Translations under genes and position numbers: made by a program
NCBI GenBank assembly: GCA_011171075.1
Contig: DUFD01000017.1
Coordinates: forward strand, 1,777 to 65,776
From: Dehalococcoidia bacterium
GTDB taxonomy: Bacteria > Chloroflexota > Dehalococcoidia > Dehalococcoidales > Fen-1064
Reading direction: 5' to 3'
Length of the DNA stretch: 64,000 nt
Notes under the pieces: model-generated
The model's database searches: none
Told to the model about the DNA's origin: nothing
What the model saw: only the letters and a program-made list of their open reading frames with translations
Part shown: positions 19,495 through 28,641 of the stretch, one piece after another
Position numbering within the stretch: position 1 is the stretch's first letter
Layout: each line of letters starts with the position of its first letter

Positions 19495-22224
19495 CTAAGA
19501 CCCTGAGACATAGCCAATGGAGTAGCTGATAGCATCACTGGTGGTGATTTCACTACGAAATGACAGGATGATATAAACCAGATTCCAGATATCCATATCA
19601 GTTTGTATGTCTATCTGGGCTGAGGTATCACCTGTCGCCAGCAGCCCGCTTGCCCAGGTAATATAAAAGGTATCAACATCCACACCATCGGCAGTCATAC
19701 CGAGAGACTGGCCGTTCCAGACATCTTCAAGACTCTCAGCCTCAGTACCATCCCAGAGTTTCTGGCCGTTAAGAGCAATATAATCGCCATCGTAATAATC
19801 ATCGCCTTCGGTAACGAAACATGACATGGTTGCTGCATTGACCTCGCCTGTAATCGGTGCTGGTACCAGGAAACCACTCAGAAGACCCCCCTCCTCGCCG
19901 TCACCATCAAAGTCTAGATTTTCATCGTGATTACAGTAGAGGAAATTATCATAGAGGTACAACTGGTGCCCCTGAGTCTCGGGACTAGTGTAGATGATTA
20001 CCAATGACCACCCGGCATAAGCCCACTCGTCCTCAATATCGGCATCCACCCCACCCACAGTGTAGGTCCCGTTGCCCGGGTGTTTTCCACCATCACCCTC
20101 GGCAGAGTATTCCCGAACCAGTTCGGTGACGTCCTTGAAGCTAGCATAGGAATAGCCGTGAGGATTGCCATAGTGCATGTTGTCGATTACCTGCGATGAG
20201 TCTGCAACCAGCTCCCCGGCACCCTGCATGGGAGTCGCCCCATCAAGGTAGACCTGGACGCCATCTATCTTGAAAATAGCCGTAGTATCGGCGGCTGGCA
20301 GAGCACGTTCGTAGACAGCGATATCATCAAGGTAACAATATTCTCCACTGCCAGCAAAGCCGTAGAGGTAGAACCGTATTTTAAAGTCAGCTGTCAAATA
20401 CTCATCCGGAATGACCTCACTGAAATCAGCCGGCGGGTTATCATCTCTAAAAGCTTGATAACTACTACTCCAGGTACTACCACCATCGGCAGAGAAAGCG
20501 AAGTAGAGCCGGTCATCGGATTCCAACGACCCGTTTTCACGCTGCTCCCAGCCGACTGCCAGCTCTCCACTGGAGTAGCCGCTCAGGTCCAAGCTGGACT
20601 GCATAGTGAGATACCGGTCAGACTCACTACCAACGTGGTGCCCCTCGAACTCCCCGGAAGAAACACTCCAGTCAGCGCCGGCATCCCAGTTATTCAAGTT
20701 ATTGCAGGGGTCCAAAAAGGCATTAGACGTGGCGAAGATGGTCATATTGTCCAGGGAGCAATACTCTCCGATGTCAGCAAAGCCGTAAAGGTAGAACCGC
20801 AACTTGAAGTCCGCCGTCAGGTACATTGCCGGGATTGTATAGCTGAAGCTGGCCGGGGGATTGTCATCACGAAAGACCTCGATATTGCTGCTCCAGGTAT
20901 TACCACCGTCAGACGACAAAGAGAAATACAACCGGTCATCACTCTCCAGCCATCCACTCTCGTCCTGCTCCCAGGACAGGGTTACTTCATCACCGGCGTA
21001 GGCGCTCAGGTCCAGGCTGGTCTTCTTGGTGAGATACCGGTCAGACTCGCCGCCATTATGGTGCCCCCGGAATTCACCCGAGTCGACACTCCAGTCAGGC
21101 CCGGCGCCATTCCAATCAGACATGTTGGAGCAGTCTTCCTCCCACAATATCTGCCCGCTGGCAACGTCCTCATCGCCTCCCTCATACCAGCCTGACCAGT
21201 AGAGATAGGCAGCCGCCACCTGGGCATTTGCCGGGATATTAGAAATCGTCGCCGAGCTCTCGGCAAGCAGGGTATCCCGCTGGGGACCTCCCCAATCCCA
21301 ATTCAAATCCAGCATCAGGCTGTTTCCAATAGCACGGTAATCACCTGAAAACGCCGAGCCCAGTTTACGTATCTCGCTCTTTATGTTATAGGACTCGACC
21401 ATGGTGCCGTCGGCGACCGAGGTGATGTGGTAGACCCGGCTGTCAGCATCCCACGTATAAGAGACGCCTGTAACCCCGCTTGTTGTCACCCAGGACACGG
21501 TTGCAGGGTTAGTTCCTGGTTGGTGGGCGGTATACTGAAAAGTAATAGTACTCCTCTGCTCAGATATTCCGGCACCCACCCCCGGAAAATCAGTGAAGGG
21601 AGTTGAGTTAAAGTCCCAGATAACCGCCTCACCACCGGCATGAGGCTGAGTTATAGGAACACCGAAGCTACTTGAGTCAGTCACATAATGAAAGCCAGGT
21701 GATAACCAGATACCCACTATCTCAATTTTCAGGTCGTCCCCTGATTCCGGATAGAATATTATGTCTACCTGACAGGTAGATGCGTTGGGCGTGCTGCCGT
21801 ACGTAATCAGCCTGCCAGATTCAATAATATTCCTGGCCGTCATCTTATTAGGCACTGATATGCCAAATGGAATCCATACATGCTCCATAGATACATTGAC
21901 ATCCCTGGTATTAAGCTGTTCGGAGAGGTCATAGCTCCAGGTGGTGTTGTAATCATAGATATCATAGACAGGACTGGTCAACACAGACTCAAGGTCGCCA
22001 TATTTTATCTGCCACAGAGCATGTTCCAGGCCGCTATCGGCAGCATACGCCTCATGTGCCTTGCTCTCATACATTTGGCCAGCCTGAATACCCGTCATTG
22101 ATAACGATAAAAGAGGAGGCAGCAAGAGACCACTAACGAGCAGCAGCAGCAATACCAGCATAAGCACCTGGCCGCTCTCTGACTTCACCTGTTTCAGGAC
22201 ATTTTTAAAATAGTTGATGCTCAT
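19495..22224 (-). CDS. large pilus-associated surface protein (PilX-like N-terminus, duplicated beta-sandwich domains)
   Basis: Last gene of the pilus operon. The N-terminal hydrophobic anchor SESGQVLMLVLLLLLVSGLL resembles the PilX_N type and lacks the G/FxxxE prepilin site. It carries two tandem ~137-aa repeats and a C-terminal domain with AGWSLVIIY. Confidence 0.6.
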   Translation of the reverse strand: MSINYFKNVLKQVKSESGQVLMLVLLLLLVSGLLLPPLLSLSMTGIQAGQMYESKAHEAYAADSGLEHALWQIKYGDLESVLTSPVYDIYDYNTTWSYDLSEQLNTRDVNVSMEHVWIPFGISVPNKMTARNIIESGRLITYGSTPNASTCQVDIIFYPESGDDLKIEIVGIWLSPGFHYVTDSSSFGVPITQPHAGGEAVIWDFNSTPFTDFPGVGAGISEQRSTITFQYTAHQPGTNPATVSWVTTSGVTGVSYTWDADSRVYHITSVADGTMVESYNIKSEIRKLGSAFSGDYRAIGNSLMLDLNWDWGGPQRDTLLAESSATISNIPANAQVAAAYLYWSGWYEGGDEDVASGQILWEEDCSNMSDWNGAGPDWSVDSGEFRGHHNGGESDRYLTKKTSLDLSAYAGDEVTLSWEQDESGWLESDDRLYFSLSSDGGNTWSSNIEVFRDDNPPASFSYTIPAMYLTADFKLRFYLYGFADIGEYCSLDNMTIFATSNAFLDPCNNLNNWDAGADWSVSSGEFEGHHVGSESDRYLTMQSSLDLSGYSSGELAVGWEQRENGSLESDDRLYFAFSADGGSTWSSSYQAFRDDNPPADFSEVIPDEYLTADFKIRFYLYGFAGSGEYCYLDDIAVYERALPAADTTAIFKIDGVQVYLDGATPMQGAGELVADSSQVIDNMHYGNPHGYSYASFKDVTELVREYSAEGDGGKHPGNGTYTVGGVDADIEDEWAYAGWSLVIIYTSPETQGHQLYLYDNFLYCNHDENLDFDGDGEEGGLLSGFLVPAPITGEVNAATMSCFVTEGDDYYDGDYIALNGQKLWDGTEAESLEDVWNGQSLGMTADGVDVDTFYITWASGLLATGDTSAQIDIQTDMDIWNLVYIILSFRSEITTSDAISYSIGYVSGS
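20308..21144 (-). repeat. intragenic tandem duplication (2 x ~137 aa) within the 909-aa protein
   Basis: aa ~361-497 (C.NMSDWNGAGPDWSVDSGEFRGHH..ESDDRLYFSLSSDGGNTWSS..FRDDNPPA..YLTADFKLRFYLYGFA..EYC) versus aa ~503-639 (C.NLNNWDAGADWSVSSGEFEGHH..ESDDRLYFAFSADGGSTWSS..). Confidence 0.8.
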
Positions 22225-22239
22225 AGCTATCTTTGACCA

Positions 22240-22767
22240 CTAACTTGCTCTCGGGTCAACCGTGAACTGTTGACTTTCATTTATTACTCGTGAGCCCTGA
22301 CCCACGGTCACAGTTACCTCAAAGGACAGCTTATTCCCGTCATACGTACAGTTGGTCAGGGTTGGGTCAGCATTAATGCTCTCCGCTACCATGAGCGATA
22401 TCGGTGTGCCCCCATTGATAACGTGATTACGTATCAATTTGTCACCCACGAGAGAGTAAGTAATCTCATGCTGAGTATTATCCCATTCATCCCATGACAG
22501 CACCAGTGGCAGACCCGAGGCGCCGGAATCCACCTGTACCATTTGCGCCATCTTGGCATCGCGTCGTACCCAGTAGATGACATTGCGAACCTGTTTGGTA
22601 GCCACGGTATGGTCGCTATTCTGGGCGCTGGTAGTGAACACCTGAGAAATACTCATGACCACGCCACCACCAATGATACTGGCAATAGTAACGGCTATGA
22701 GCATCTCAGCCGCAGTGAAACCCTTCTGCCCTCTGAAAATCGCTTTTATCTTATTGGACATGGTCAC
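22240..22767 (-). CDS. prepilin-type N-terminal cleavage/methylation domain protein (minor pilin)
   Basis: Class III signal ..RGQKG|FTAAEMLIAVTIASIIGG, with Glu at +5. Confidence 0.75.
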   Translation of the reverse strand: MTMSNKIKAIFRGQKGFTAAEMLIAVTIASIIGGGVVMSISQVFTTSAQNSDHTVATKQVRNVIYWVRRDAKMAQMVQVDSGASGLPLVLSWDEWDNTQHEITYSLVGDKLIRNHVINGGTPISLMVAESINADPTLTNCTYDGNKLSFEVTVTVGQGSRVINESQQFTVDPRAS

Positions 22768-23150
22768 TTTGCCCGATAGGCCTCGATTTTAGTTGCTGTT
22801 ATATTATGATAAACAACAGAGACTGTTATTTTCTGAAGGCCGTCATCATCACCGGGCCCATCTCCCTCCAGGTCAAGTCGGACGGCATCATAGCTCACGC
22901 TGTAGCCACCAGGAATATCCGCAAGTAACAGATATTGTGGAGGGTCATTATCTATGTCATCATCATATGGCTGGCTCCGTATAAATTCTATCTGACCCTC
23001 CGCCAGATTCTGCGCGGTAGTCTGTACGTCATTGGTAATGGTAGCCCTGGAGGAAGTAGCCAGCGCACTGAGAATACCCGCAACAACTATGCCAATAAGT
23101 GCCAGCGACACCAGCACTTCAAGCATAGCGAACCCTGCCTGGTTCTTCAT
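22764..23150 (-). CDS. prepilin-type N-terminal cleavage/methylation domain protein (minor pilin)
   Basis: MKNQAG|FAMLEVLVSLALIGIVVAG. 4-nt overlap with the downstream pilin gene. Confidence 0.75.
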   Translation of the reverse strand: MKNQAGFAMLEVLVSLALIGIVVAGILSALATSSRATITNDVQTTAQNLAEGQIEFIRSQPYDDDIDNDPPQYLLLADIPGGYSVSYDAVRLDLEGDGPGDDDGLQKITVSVVYHNITATKIEAYRAK

Positions 23151-23204
23151 TATGCCCTTCTCCTGTATTAACGACTGATTAAATCAGGGCTTTTAGTCAG
23201 CAAA

Positions 23205-24677
23205 TCACCTGGTAATATCGATGAAGTAGTAAATTAATGAATCCTCTCCTGGAACTACAACCTCATCAATCTCAGCAATACGGGTCTCCACAAATGCCTC
23301 GGCTTCAAGAGCCCGTGCATAGCTCAAGACTGTAAAGGGATTATCCACAATACCCTCTATCATGATGCTATACCTGTCCATTTCGACCGCGGTGAAGGAG
23401 GCCTGTGATGGCAGAAGCCCTGTAACCAGTCCTAGATTGCCTGCGAAGTCACCTGCTCCGGCAAGCATCATCATATGTTCCTGTTGCAACGCCTGTAGAA
23501 CGGCAGCCATTTGGTTCACAAGTACCTCAGCATCGGCTTCGCCTGCGGCCGCCCGGCTGAGAGCGAGTTCAGCTAGATTCAGCTCGTGGGTTACCGTGTT
23601 TAACTCAGACTCCAGACGAGCTGTCTCGGCTACAGCATCATTCTTGAACTGGAAAAACGGAATTAATAGACCGGCAATGACTGCCAAGACACAATAAGGT
23701 ATCACATTTTTAAGCGATATATGGACATGCTTGGTTTGGTACGTTCCAGCCAGTATATTCAGCTGTGTATCATGGAAACCGTTAGTGGCCCTGATTTTCC
23801 GGAGAGCCAGGCCCATATTGGTTGCATAAAGAGCTACCGGTAATTCAGGCTGGAAGTGCAGAGGGGGGACTAGAGGCTTGACCGGATACTCCATCTCAGC
23901 CTGAATAAGCTCAGTGGTAGCACTGTTGGTCGCTAGCTGTCCCGTCAGCAGCAGTGGTGTATCAGCACTAAGCGGGTCTTCCGAATGACCGCTATTGTAG
24001 TACTTAACTGTCCTGGATAACTCATCAGTCAACTGTCGGACATGGTCGTGTATAGTCGCGCCTTCGGTCTTTGGGGTTACCGCATGCATTACCTCGGTAA
24101 TGCCATTGACTGATAAAACGATATCAAAGCACTCCGGCTCCATGGATACTACTATGGCATCGTTTTTGGCAGGTGCCCTGGCCAGAGCCAGAGGTTTCAG
24201 GTCCATTATATAGGGTTTTATACCAGCCCCAGTCAGTGTCTCCACCACAGCGGTAACAAGGTTGCGCGGCACGCCCAGAACGAAGAAATCGCTTTCATCG
24301 TCTCTTTGCGCAATAACCTGCCACGACAGGTACAGTTCGTCCACAGGTAGTGGCATCTCACGCTTCGCGGCACGCTTTATGGCCTCATCCAGAACCTCCG
24401 AGTCCACATGCGGCAAGCTCAGGATACGGTAGGTGAAGGATAGACCGGTCACGCTTACGATGACCCTCTTCTTGGGGATTCCCATTGTCTCGAAAAGGAG
24501 ATGAATGGCTTCGGCTACGGCATTCGGCTGCAAAATGAGACCGTCCCTGACCAATCCCGGGGCCAGAGGAGTGCTCCCCCATTTCTTCACCCGGCCACCT
24601 TTCATCGAAAATGCCCGGATATCACCAGCATTGATGTTCAGCGTGACATATGTTCGGCTAAAAAGTCCGTTAAGCAT
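23205..24677 (-). CDS. pilM: type IV pilus assembly protein PilM fused to a PilN-like TM/coiled-coil region
   Basis: Actin-like ATPase N-terminal ~300 aa, then a TM helix (VIPYCVLAVIAGLLIPFF), a coiled coil and a small C-terminal domain. Operon context. Confidence 0.65.
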   Translation of the reverse strand: MLNGLFSRTYVTLNINAGDIRAFSMKGGRVKKWGSTPLAPGLVRDGLILQPNAVAEAIHLLFETMGIPKKRVIVSVTGLSFTYRILSLPHVDSEVLDEAIKRAAKREMPLPVDELYLSWQVIAQRDDESDFFVLGVPRNLVTAVVETLTGAGIKPYIMDLKPLALARAPAKNDAIVVSMEPECFDIVLSVNGITEVMHAVTPKTEGATIHDHVRQLTDELSRTVKYYNSGHSEDPLSADTPLLLTGQLATNSATTELIQAEMEYPVKPLVPPLHFQPELPVALYATNMGLALRKIRATNGFHDTQLNILAGTYQTKHVHISLKNVIPYCVLAVIAGLLIPFFQFKNDAVAETARLESELNTVTHELNLAELALSRAAAGEADAEVLVNQMAAVLQALQQEHMMMLAGAGDFAGNLGLVTGLLPSQASFTAVEMDRYSIMIEGIVDNPFTVLSYARALEAEAFVETRIAEIDEVVVPGEDSLIYYFIDITR

Positions 24678-24688
24678 TATCTATCTCC

Positions 24689-25240
24689 TTACGGTTTGGC
24701 AAAGACGGCCACATCCAGGCTAGCCACAACTGGTGTAGACCCACCGGCATAGACCTCTTCACCATCTCCATAGTCCACATTAACAATCAAACTCTCGACA
24801 ATGAGGGTTTTAAAATCGCCACTTTCGAGACGGCTAACATAGTTTTTCACTGATGAGAATAATCCTGTAATATCTACATTAATTCGGAGGATGCTGTATG
24901 TATTCACGCCAATATGTACCTCCATCCACGGTTGGGTAATCAGTGGAATAGCCTTTACACCAATATCATCGGCCAGGCTAAGGATGGTATCAAGGACATC
25001 AGTACTATTAATCTCACCGGGTATCGTCACGCTCTCGGCGTCCAGAGCAGCCTGAATTACCACCAACTGCTCAGAGAAATATGTCGAAGGTTCCGGTAGC
25101 GCCTCCCGTGACTGGTTAATCTCTTCGATTTCCGATAGCAACCTCTCATGCTCCGGACCTTGCTTCATGTAGTCCATGGCCAGAAGACCATAAACTACCA
25201 GCAGGACAATGCCTATAAGTATAATAGCCAGCTTGTTCAT
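24689..25240 (-). CDS. PilO-like pilus assembly protein
   Basis: Architecture is a single N-terminal TM helix, a coiled coil and a small C-terminal domain. Position is between pilC and pilM. Confidence 0.45.
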   Translation of the reverse strand: MNKLAIILIGIVLLVVYGLLAMDYMKQGPEHERLLSEIEEINQSREALPEPSTYFSEQLVVIQAALDAESVTIPGEINSTDVLDTILSLADDIGVKAIPLITQPWMEVHIGVNTYSILRINVDITGLFSSVKNYVSRLESGDFKTLIVESLIVNVDYGDGEEVYAGGSTPVVASLDVAVFAKP

Positions 25241-25295
25241 TAAAACATCCCCTCTTTCTTATTTCTCGCAGACCTGTATTCGCTTCACAATACGG

Positions 25296-26507
25296 TCACC
25301 CCATAGTCCCCACAATGGAATACAATGGCCCGATGAAGGAAAGAGCAATGAAACCAACCAATAACCCAGAAAGCACCGTCATGGCAGGCTCTATCATCCT
25401 CACCAGACCAGCAATTCGCTGGTCAACAGCGTACTCATATCGGTCAGCAATATTGGCAACCATAGATTCCAAGTCACCGGTTTTCTCACCCACAGCCACC
25501 ATCTCAACCATCAGGCTGGGGAACAGCCCAATTTCTGCCATCGGGCGTGACAGACCCTGGCCCTGAACCAGTTTTTCCCTGAGTTCTACCAGAGCCTGAT
25601 GGACAACTCCGTTACCGATGGACGGAACCACGATATCCATTATCTCTGGCAGGTGAAGTCCGGCTTTCAGCAACATTGCCGTCGTATGGCAGAAGTGGTA
25701 CATGTTACGCTGCAGGACAATTGGGCCTATAACCGGCATTCTCAACAGGAATTTATCAAAGGCCAGTTTTCCTTCCGGAAACCTGAGGCAAGCAATACCC
25801 AGTCCGGCTAATGCAACCAGACCTACCAGAATGTGTATTTTATAGTCTGTCAGGAAATTTGAAACACCGATAAGTATTCTTGTCTGCAGAGGCAGAGTGG
25901 CATTAAGTGTCGAGAACATTTCCACCAGTGGTGGCAGAGCTACGGTAAGCAGTATGACGGATACCCCAATCCCCATCAAGCCCAGCAAAATAGGATACGC
26001 AAGCGCACCCTGTATCTTTTTCCTTGCAGCCGCCTGCTTGTCAATATATTCTGCTATATGCCTCAGCCCAGCCTCGAGGCTCCCCGACCGCTCGCTCGCC
26101 TTCATCACCTGGCAATAGGTGCGCGAAAATACCTGTGGATATTTACTTATCGCCACAGAGAAAGAACTGCCACCCCGAAGGTCATTTATCAGGTCAGCGA
26201 TGACCTTTTTGAAGGCGGAGTTTGTGTTCTGTTCCTGCAGTAGCTGCAGTGCGTTGAGGATATTTACACCGGATTCAATCAGGGTGGCCAATTCACGCGA
26301 AAAGTCAACAACGTCACCGCCCTTTATCCCGAAGAAGCTTGGCATCAGCTCTCGGATACTTTTTTGGGGACGCACTTCTGTCAGGCTGAGGATACGCTGA
26401 TACCCTGCCTGATACAGGGCGTCTTCAGCCATAGTTTCAGAAGTGCCGTCAATCGTACCTTTTACTGTCTTTCCATCCGCCGTATAAGCTGTATACTCGA
26501 ATATCAC
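25296..26507 (-). CDS. pilC: type II secretion system F family platform protein (PilC)
   Basis: Two GspF repeats and three TM segments, 403 aa. Typical motifs ..LSRPM..FP..MV..GE.TG.L. Confidence 0.9.
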   Translation of the reverse strand: MIFEYTAYTADGKTVKGTIDGTSETMAEDALYQAGYQRILSLTEVRPQKSIRELMPSFFGIKGGDVVDFSRELATLIESGVNILNALQLLQEQNTNSAFKKVIADLINDLRGGSSFSVAISKYPQVFSRTYCQVMKASERSGSLEAGLRHIAEYIDKQAAARKKIQGALAYPILLGLMGIGVSVILLTVALPPLVEMFSTLNATLPLQTRILIGVSNFLTDYKIHILVGLVALAGLGIACLRFPEGKLAFDKFLLRMPVIGPIVLQRNMYHFCHTTAMLLKAGLHLPEIMDIVVPSIGNGVVHQALVELREKLVQGQGLSRPMAEIGLFPSLMVEMVAVGEKTGDLESMVANIADRYEYAVDQRIAGLVRMIEPAMTVLSGLLVGFIALSFIGPLYSIVGTMG

Positions 26508-26534
26508 AATCTCCTCCCGGTTAGCTGCCTCGCG

Positions 26535-28241
26535 TCAGGAAATAGACAATACGCTGCGTAGCACTTCACTCGCCGTCGTGACGCCCTCTTTCACTTTCAG
26601 CATGCCGTCGCGCTGCATTGTTACCATTCCCTGTTTGATTGCCTCGGCCTTGATATCGTCAGCACTGACCTTGGTAAGCATCGCTCTTCGAATCTCCTCG
26701 TTCATCACCAGCATCTCAAAAAGGCCAGTCCGTCCGCGGTAGCCGGTATTGGCACACAGCTTGCAGCCGGTACCTCTGTAGAAGGCAGGCGTCTCATTCC
26801 CCATTTCAGCAGAGTAAATCACACGCTCGTCCATTGTCGGCTCAACCGTGGTACGGCAATAGGGACAAATCCGACGTACCATCCGCTGAGAAATCAGTCC
26901 GGCCAGTGTTGAGGTAATCAGATACGACTCGATACCCAGATCCATCAGCCGGAAGACCATGCTAATAGCATCGTTAGCATGAATCGAGGCAAGCACCAGA
27001 TGTCCGGTAAGAGCTGCCTGTACCGCCGTCGAGGCTGTATCTTTATCACGTATCTCGCCGACCAGAATGACATCAGGATCGTGTCGAACAATAGCCCGTA
27101 GACCGCTGGCGTAGGTAATGCCAGCCTTGAAATTAACCTGAGTCTGACTTATGTCCGGAAAACGGTATTCGATAGGGTCCTCAATAGTAAGGATGTTGTT
27201 GGCATCGCGGTCCAGTTCATTAATCGACGCGTAGAGGGTAGTCGTTTTACCCGAACCTGTAGGTCCACCCACCAGTATCATCCCGAAAGGACTCTTCAAC
27301 AGCGCTTTGTATTCCTTCAGAGTGTCCGAACGAAAACCAAGCTCGGAAAGAGTGAACAGGGAGAGTGACTTATCAAGAATTCGCAGGGTCACTCGCTCAC
27401 CATAGGCAGTAGCCATGGTAGCCGCCCGAATGTCAACATCCCGACTACCCACCTTGACCGAAAACTGGCCATCCTGGGGACGTCTCTGCTCCGCAATATT
27501 CATCTCGGCCAGGATTTTGATACGGGACAACAGGGGCACATGAGCATTCAGTGGCAGCGAGAACATCTCCTGCAAGATACCATCGATACGGTAGCGGACA
27601 CGCAGGTTCTTCTCATTCGGTTCCAGATGAACATCAGAAGCCCGGTCACGAACCGCCTGCTGTATCAGCAAATCCAAGCTTTGAGCAATCGGTGTCTTGG
27701 CAATTACTTTGGAAGTGATATCGACTTCTTCGTCTAGAGGCTTGGAAAACTGGCTGACCTGTTTCTCTATCTCACCACTGGACCTGTAATTAATGTCTAT
27801 CGCCCGCTCGATATCGGAAGGAACTCCCAGCGCCACCTCAATCCGCATTCCCGTCTGCGCTCTAATGTCGCGGATAGCCCGGATATCATCAGGGTAAGCC
27901 ATAACCACCGTCAGCGAATCATTAACCACCTCCAGCGGTATAAGCGTATATTTCCGTGCCATATCCTCCGGTATCATTCGCAACGAATCAGCTTGCACGA
28001 CATGTTTCTGCAGGTCAACCAGTGGTACATTAAGCTGGACGCCGTACACTGCAGCCACGTCTTCAGCCGTAACCACCCCTTGCTTCACCAGTATCTCACC
28101 GAGTTTACCACCCTTCTCCTGCTGAACCTGCAAGGCTTCTTTCAGTTGCTCGGGAGTTATCAGTTCCTCCTCAAGCAGCAACTGCCCGATGGGCTTATGC
28201 ATCATGTTCTCGGTAGAAGACTTCAATCTCTCAATAGCCAA
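26535..28241 (-). CDS. pilB: type IV pilus assembly ATPase (GspE/PilB family) with N-terminal MshEN/T2SSE_N domain
   Basis: Walker A GPTGSGKTTT, Asp box, Walker B ILVGEIRD, His box, and tetracysteine CPYC..C..C. Confidence 0.9.
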   Translation of the reverse strand: MAIERLKSSTENMMHKPIGQLLLEEELITPEQLKEALQVQQEKGGKLGEILVKQGVVTAEDVAAVYGVQLNVPLVDLQKHVVQADSLRMIPEDMARKYTLIPLEVVNDSLTVVMAYPDDIRAIRDIRAQTGMRIEVALGVPSDIERAIDINYRSSGEIEKQVSQFSKPLDEEVDITSKVIAKTPIAQSLDLLIQQAVRDRASDVHLEPNEKNLRVRYRIDGILQEMFSLPLNAHVPLLSRIKILAEMNIAEQRRPQDGQFSVKVGSRDVDIRAATMATAYGERVTLRILDKSLSLFTLSELGFRSDTLKEYKALLKSPFGMILVGGPTGSGKTTTLYASINELDRDANNILTIEDPIEYRFPDISQTQVNFKAGITYASGLRAIVRHDPDVILVGEIRDKDTASTAVQAALTGHLVLASIHANDAISMVFRLMDLGIESYLITSTLAGLISQRMVRRICPYCRTTVEPTMDERVIYSAEMGNETPAFYRGTGCKLCANTGYRGRTGLFEMLVMNEEIRRAMLTKVSADDIKAEAIKQGMVTMQRDGMLKVKEGVTTASEVLRSVLSIS

Positions 28242-28641
28242 TGTACTTCTCCAGTCTAGCGGACTCCACCTTTACAGGACTCAGTACCATGAGGCTATCA
28301 ACCACGTTGATAACCGTCGAAGGAGAGACCGGCTTAATAAGATAGTCATTAGCTCCAAGCTTAAATCCGGTCGCCATGTCCGCTTCTCGCGCTTTGTCAG
28401 AAAGCATTACTATCGGCAAGCTGTCACCCTCTGTCCTTAGTCTGTGGCAAACTTCAAAGCCATCCATTCCAGGAAGCATGACGCTCAATATAACAAGGTC
28501 AGGTCCTTCCGTCCTTGCTTTGTTCAATCCATCTGACCCATTGGATGCAATCAGTACCTCGTAGCCGTGTTGGGTCAGGGCATATTGCATCAGCTTCAAT
28601 GAAGCCGGGTCATCCTCAATCACCAGGACTTTCTTGTCCAT
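28231..28641 (-). CDS. stand-alone receiver-domain protein with Ser at the phospho-acceptor position
   Basis: KKVLVIEDD.., ..PDLVILSVMLPGMDG.. (Ser where the Asp is expected), ..IVMLSDK.., ..DYLIKPV. GGAGG SD lies 8 nt before ATG 28641. It overlaps the pilB start by 11 nt. Confidence 0.8.
   Translation of the reverse strand: MDKKVLVIEDDPASLKLMQYALTQHGYEVLIASNGSDGLNKARTEGPDLVILSVMLPGMDGFEVCHRLRTEGDSLPIVMLSDKAREADMATGFKLGANDYLIKPVSPSTVINVVDSLMVLSPVKVESARLEKYIGY

Noticed and set aside
20455-21195. 246-aa ORF antisense to the 909-aa pilus protein. Similar antisense ORFs include:
- 7259..7882
- 29119..29844
- 42077..42802
- 44630..45241
- 47392..48129
- 53156..53917
- 59452..60204
   Set aside because: Each lies fully inside a well-supported gene on the opposite strand and has no recognisable motif.
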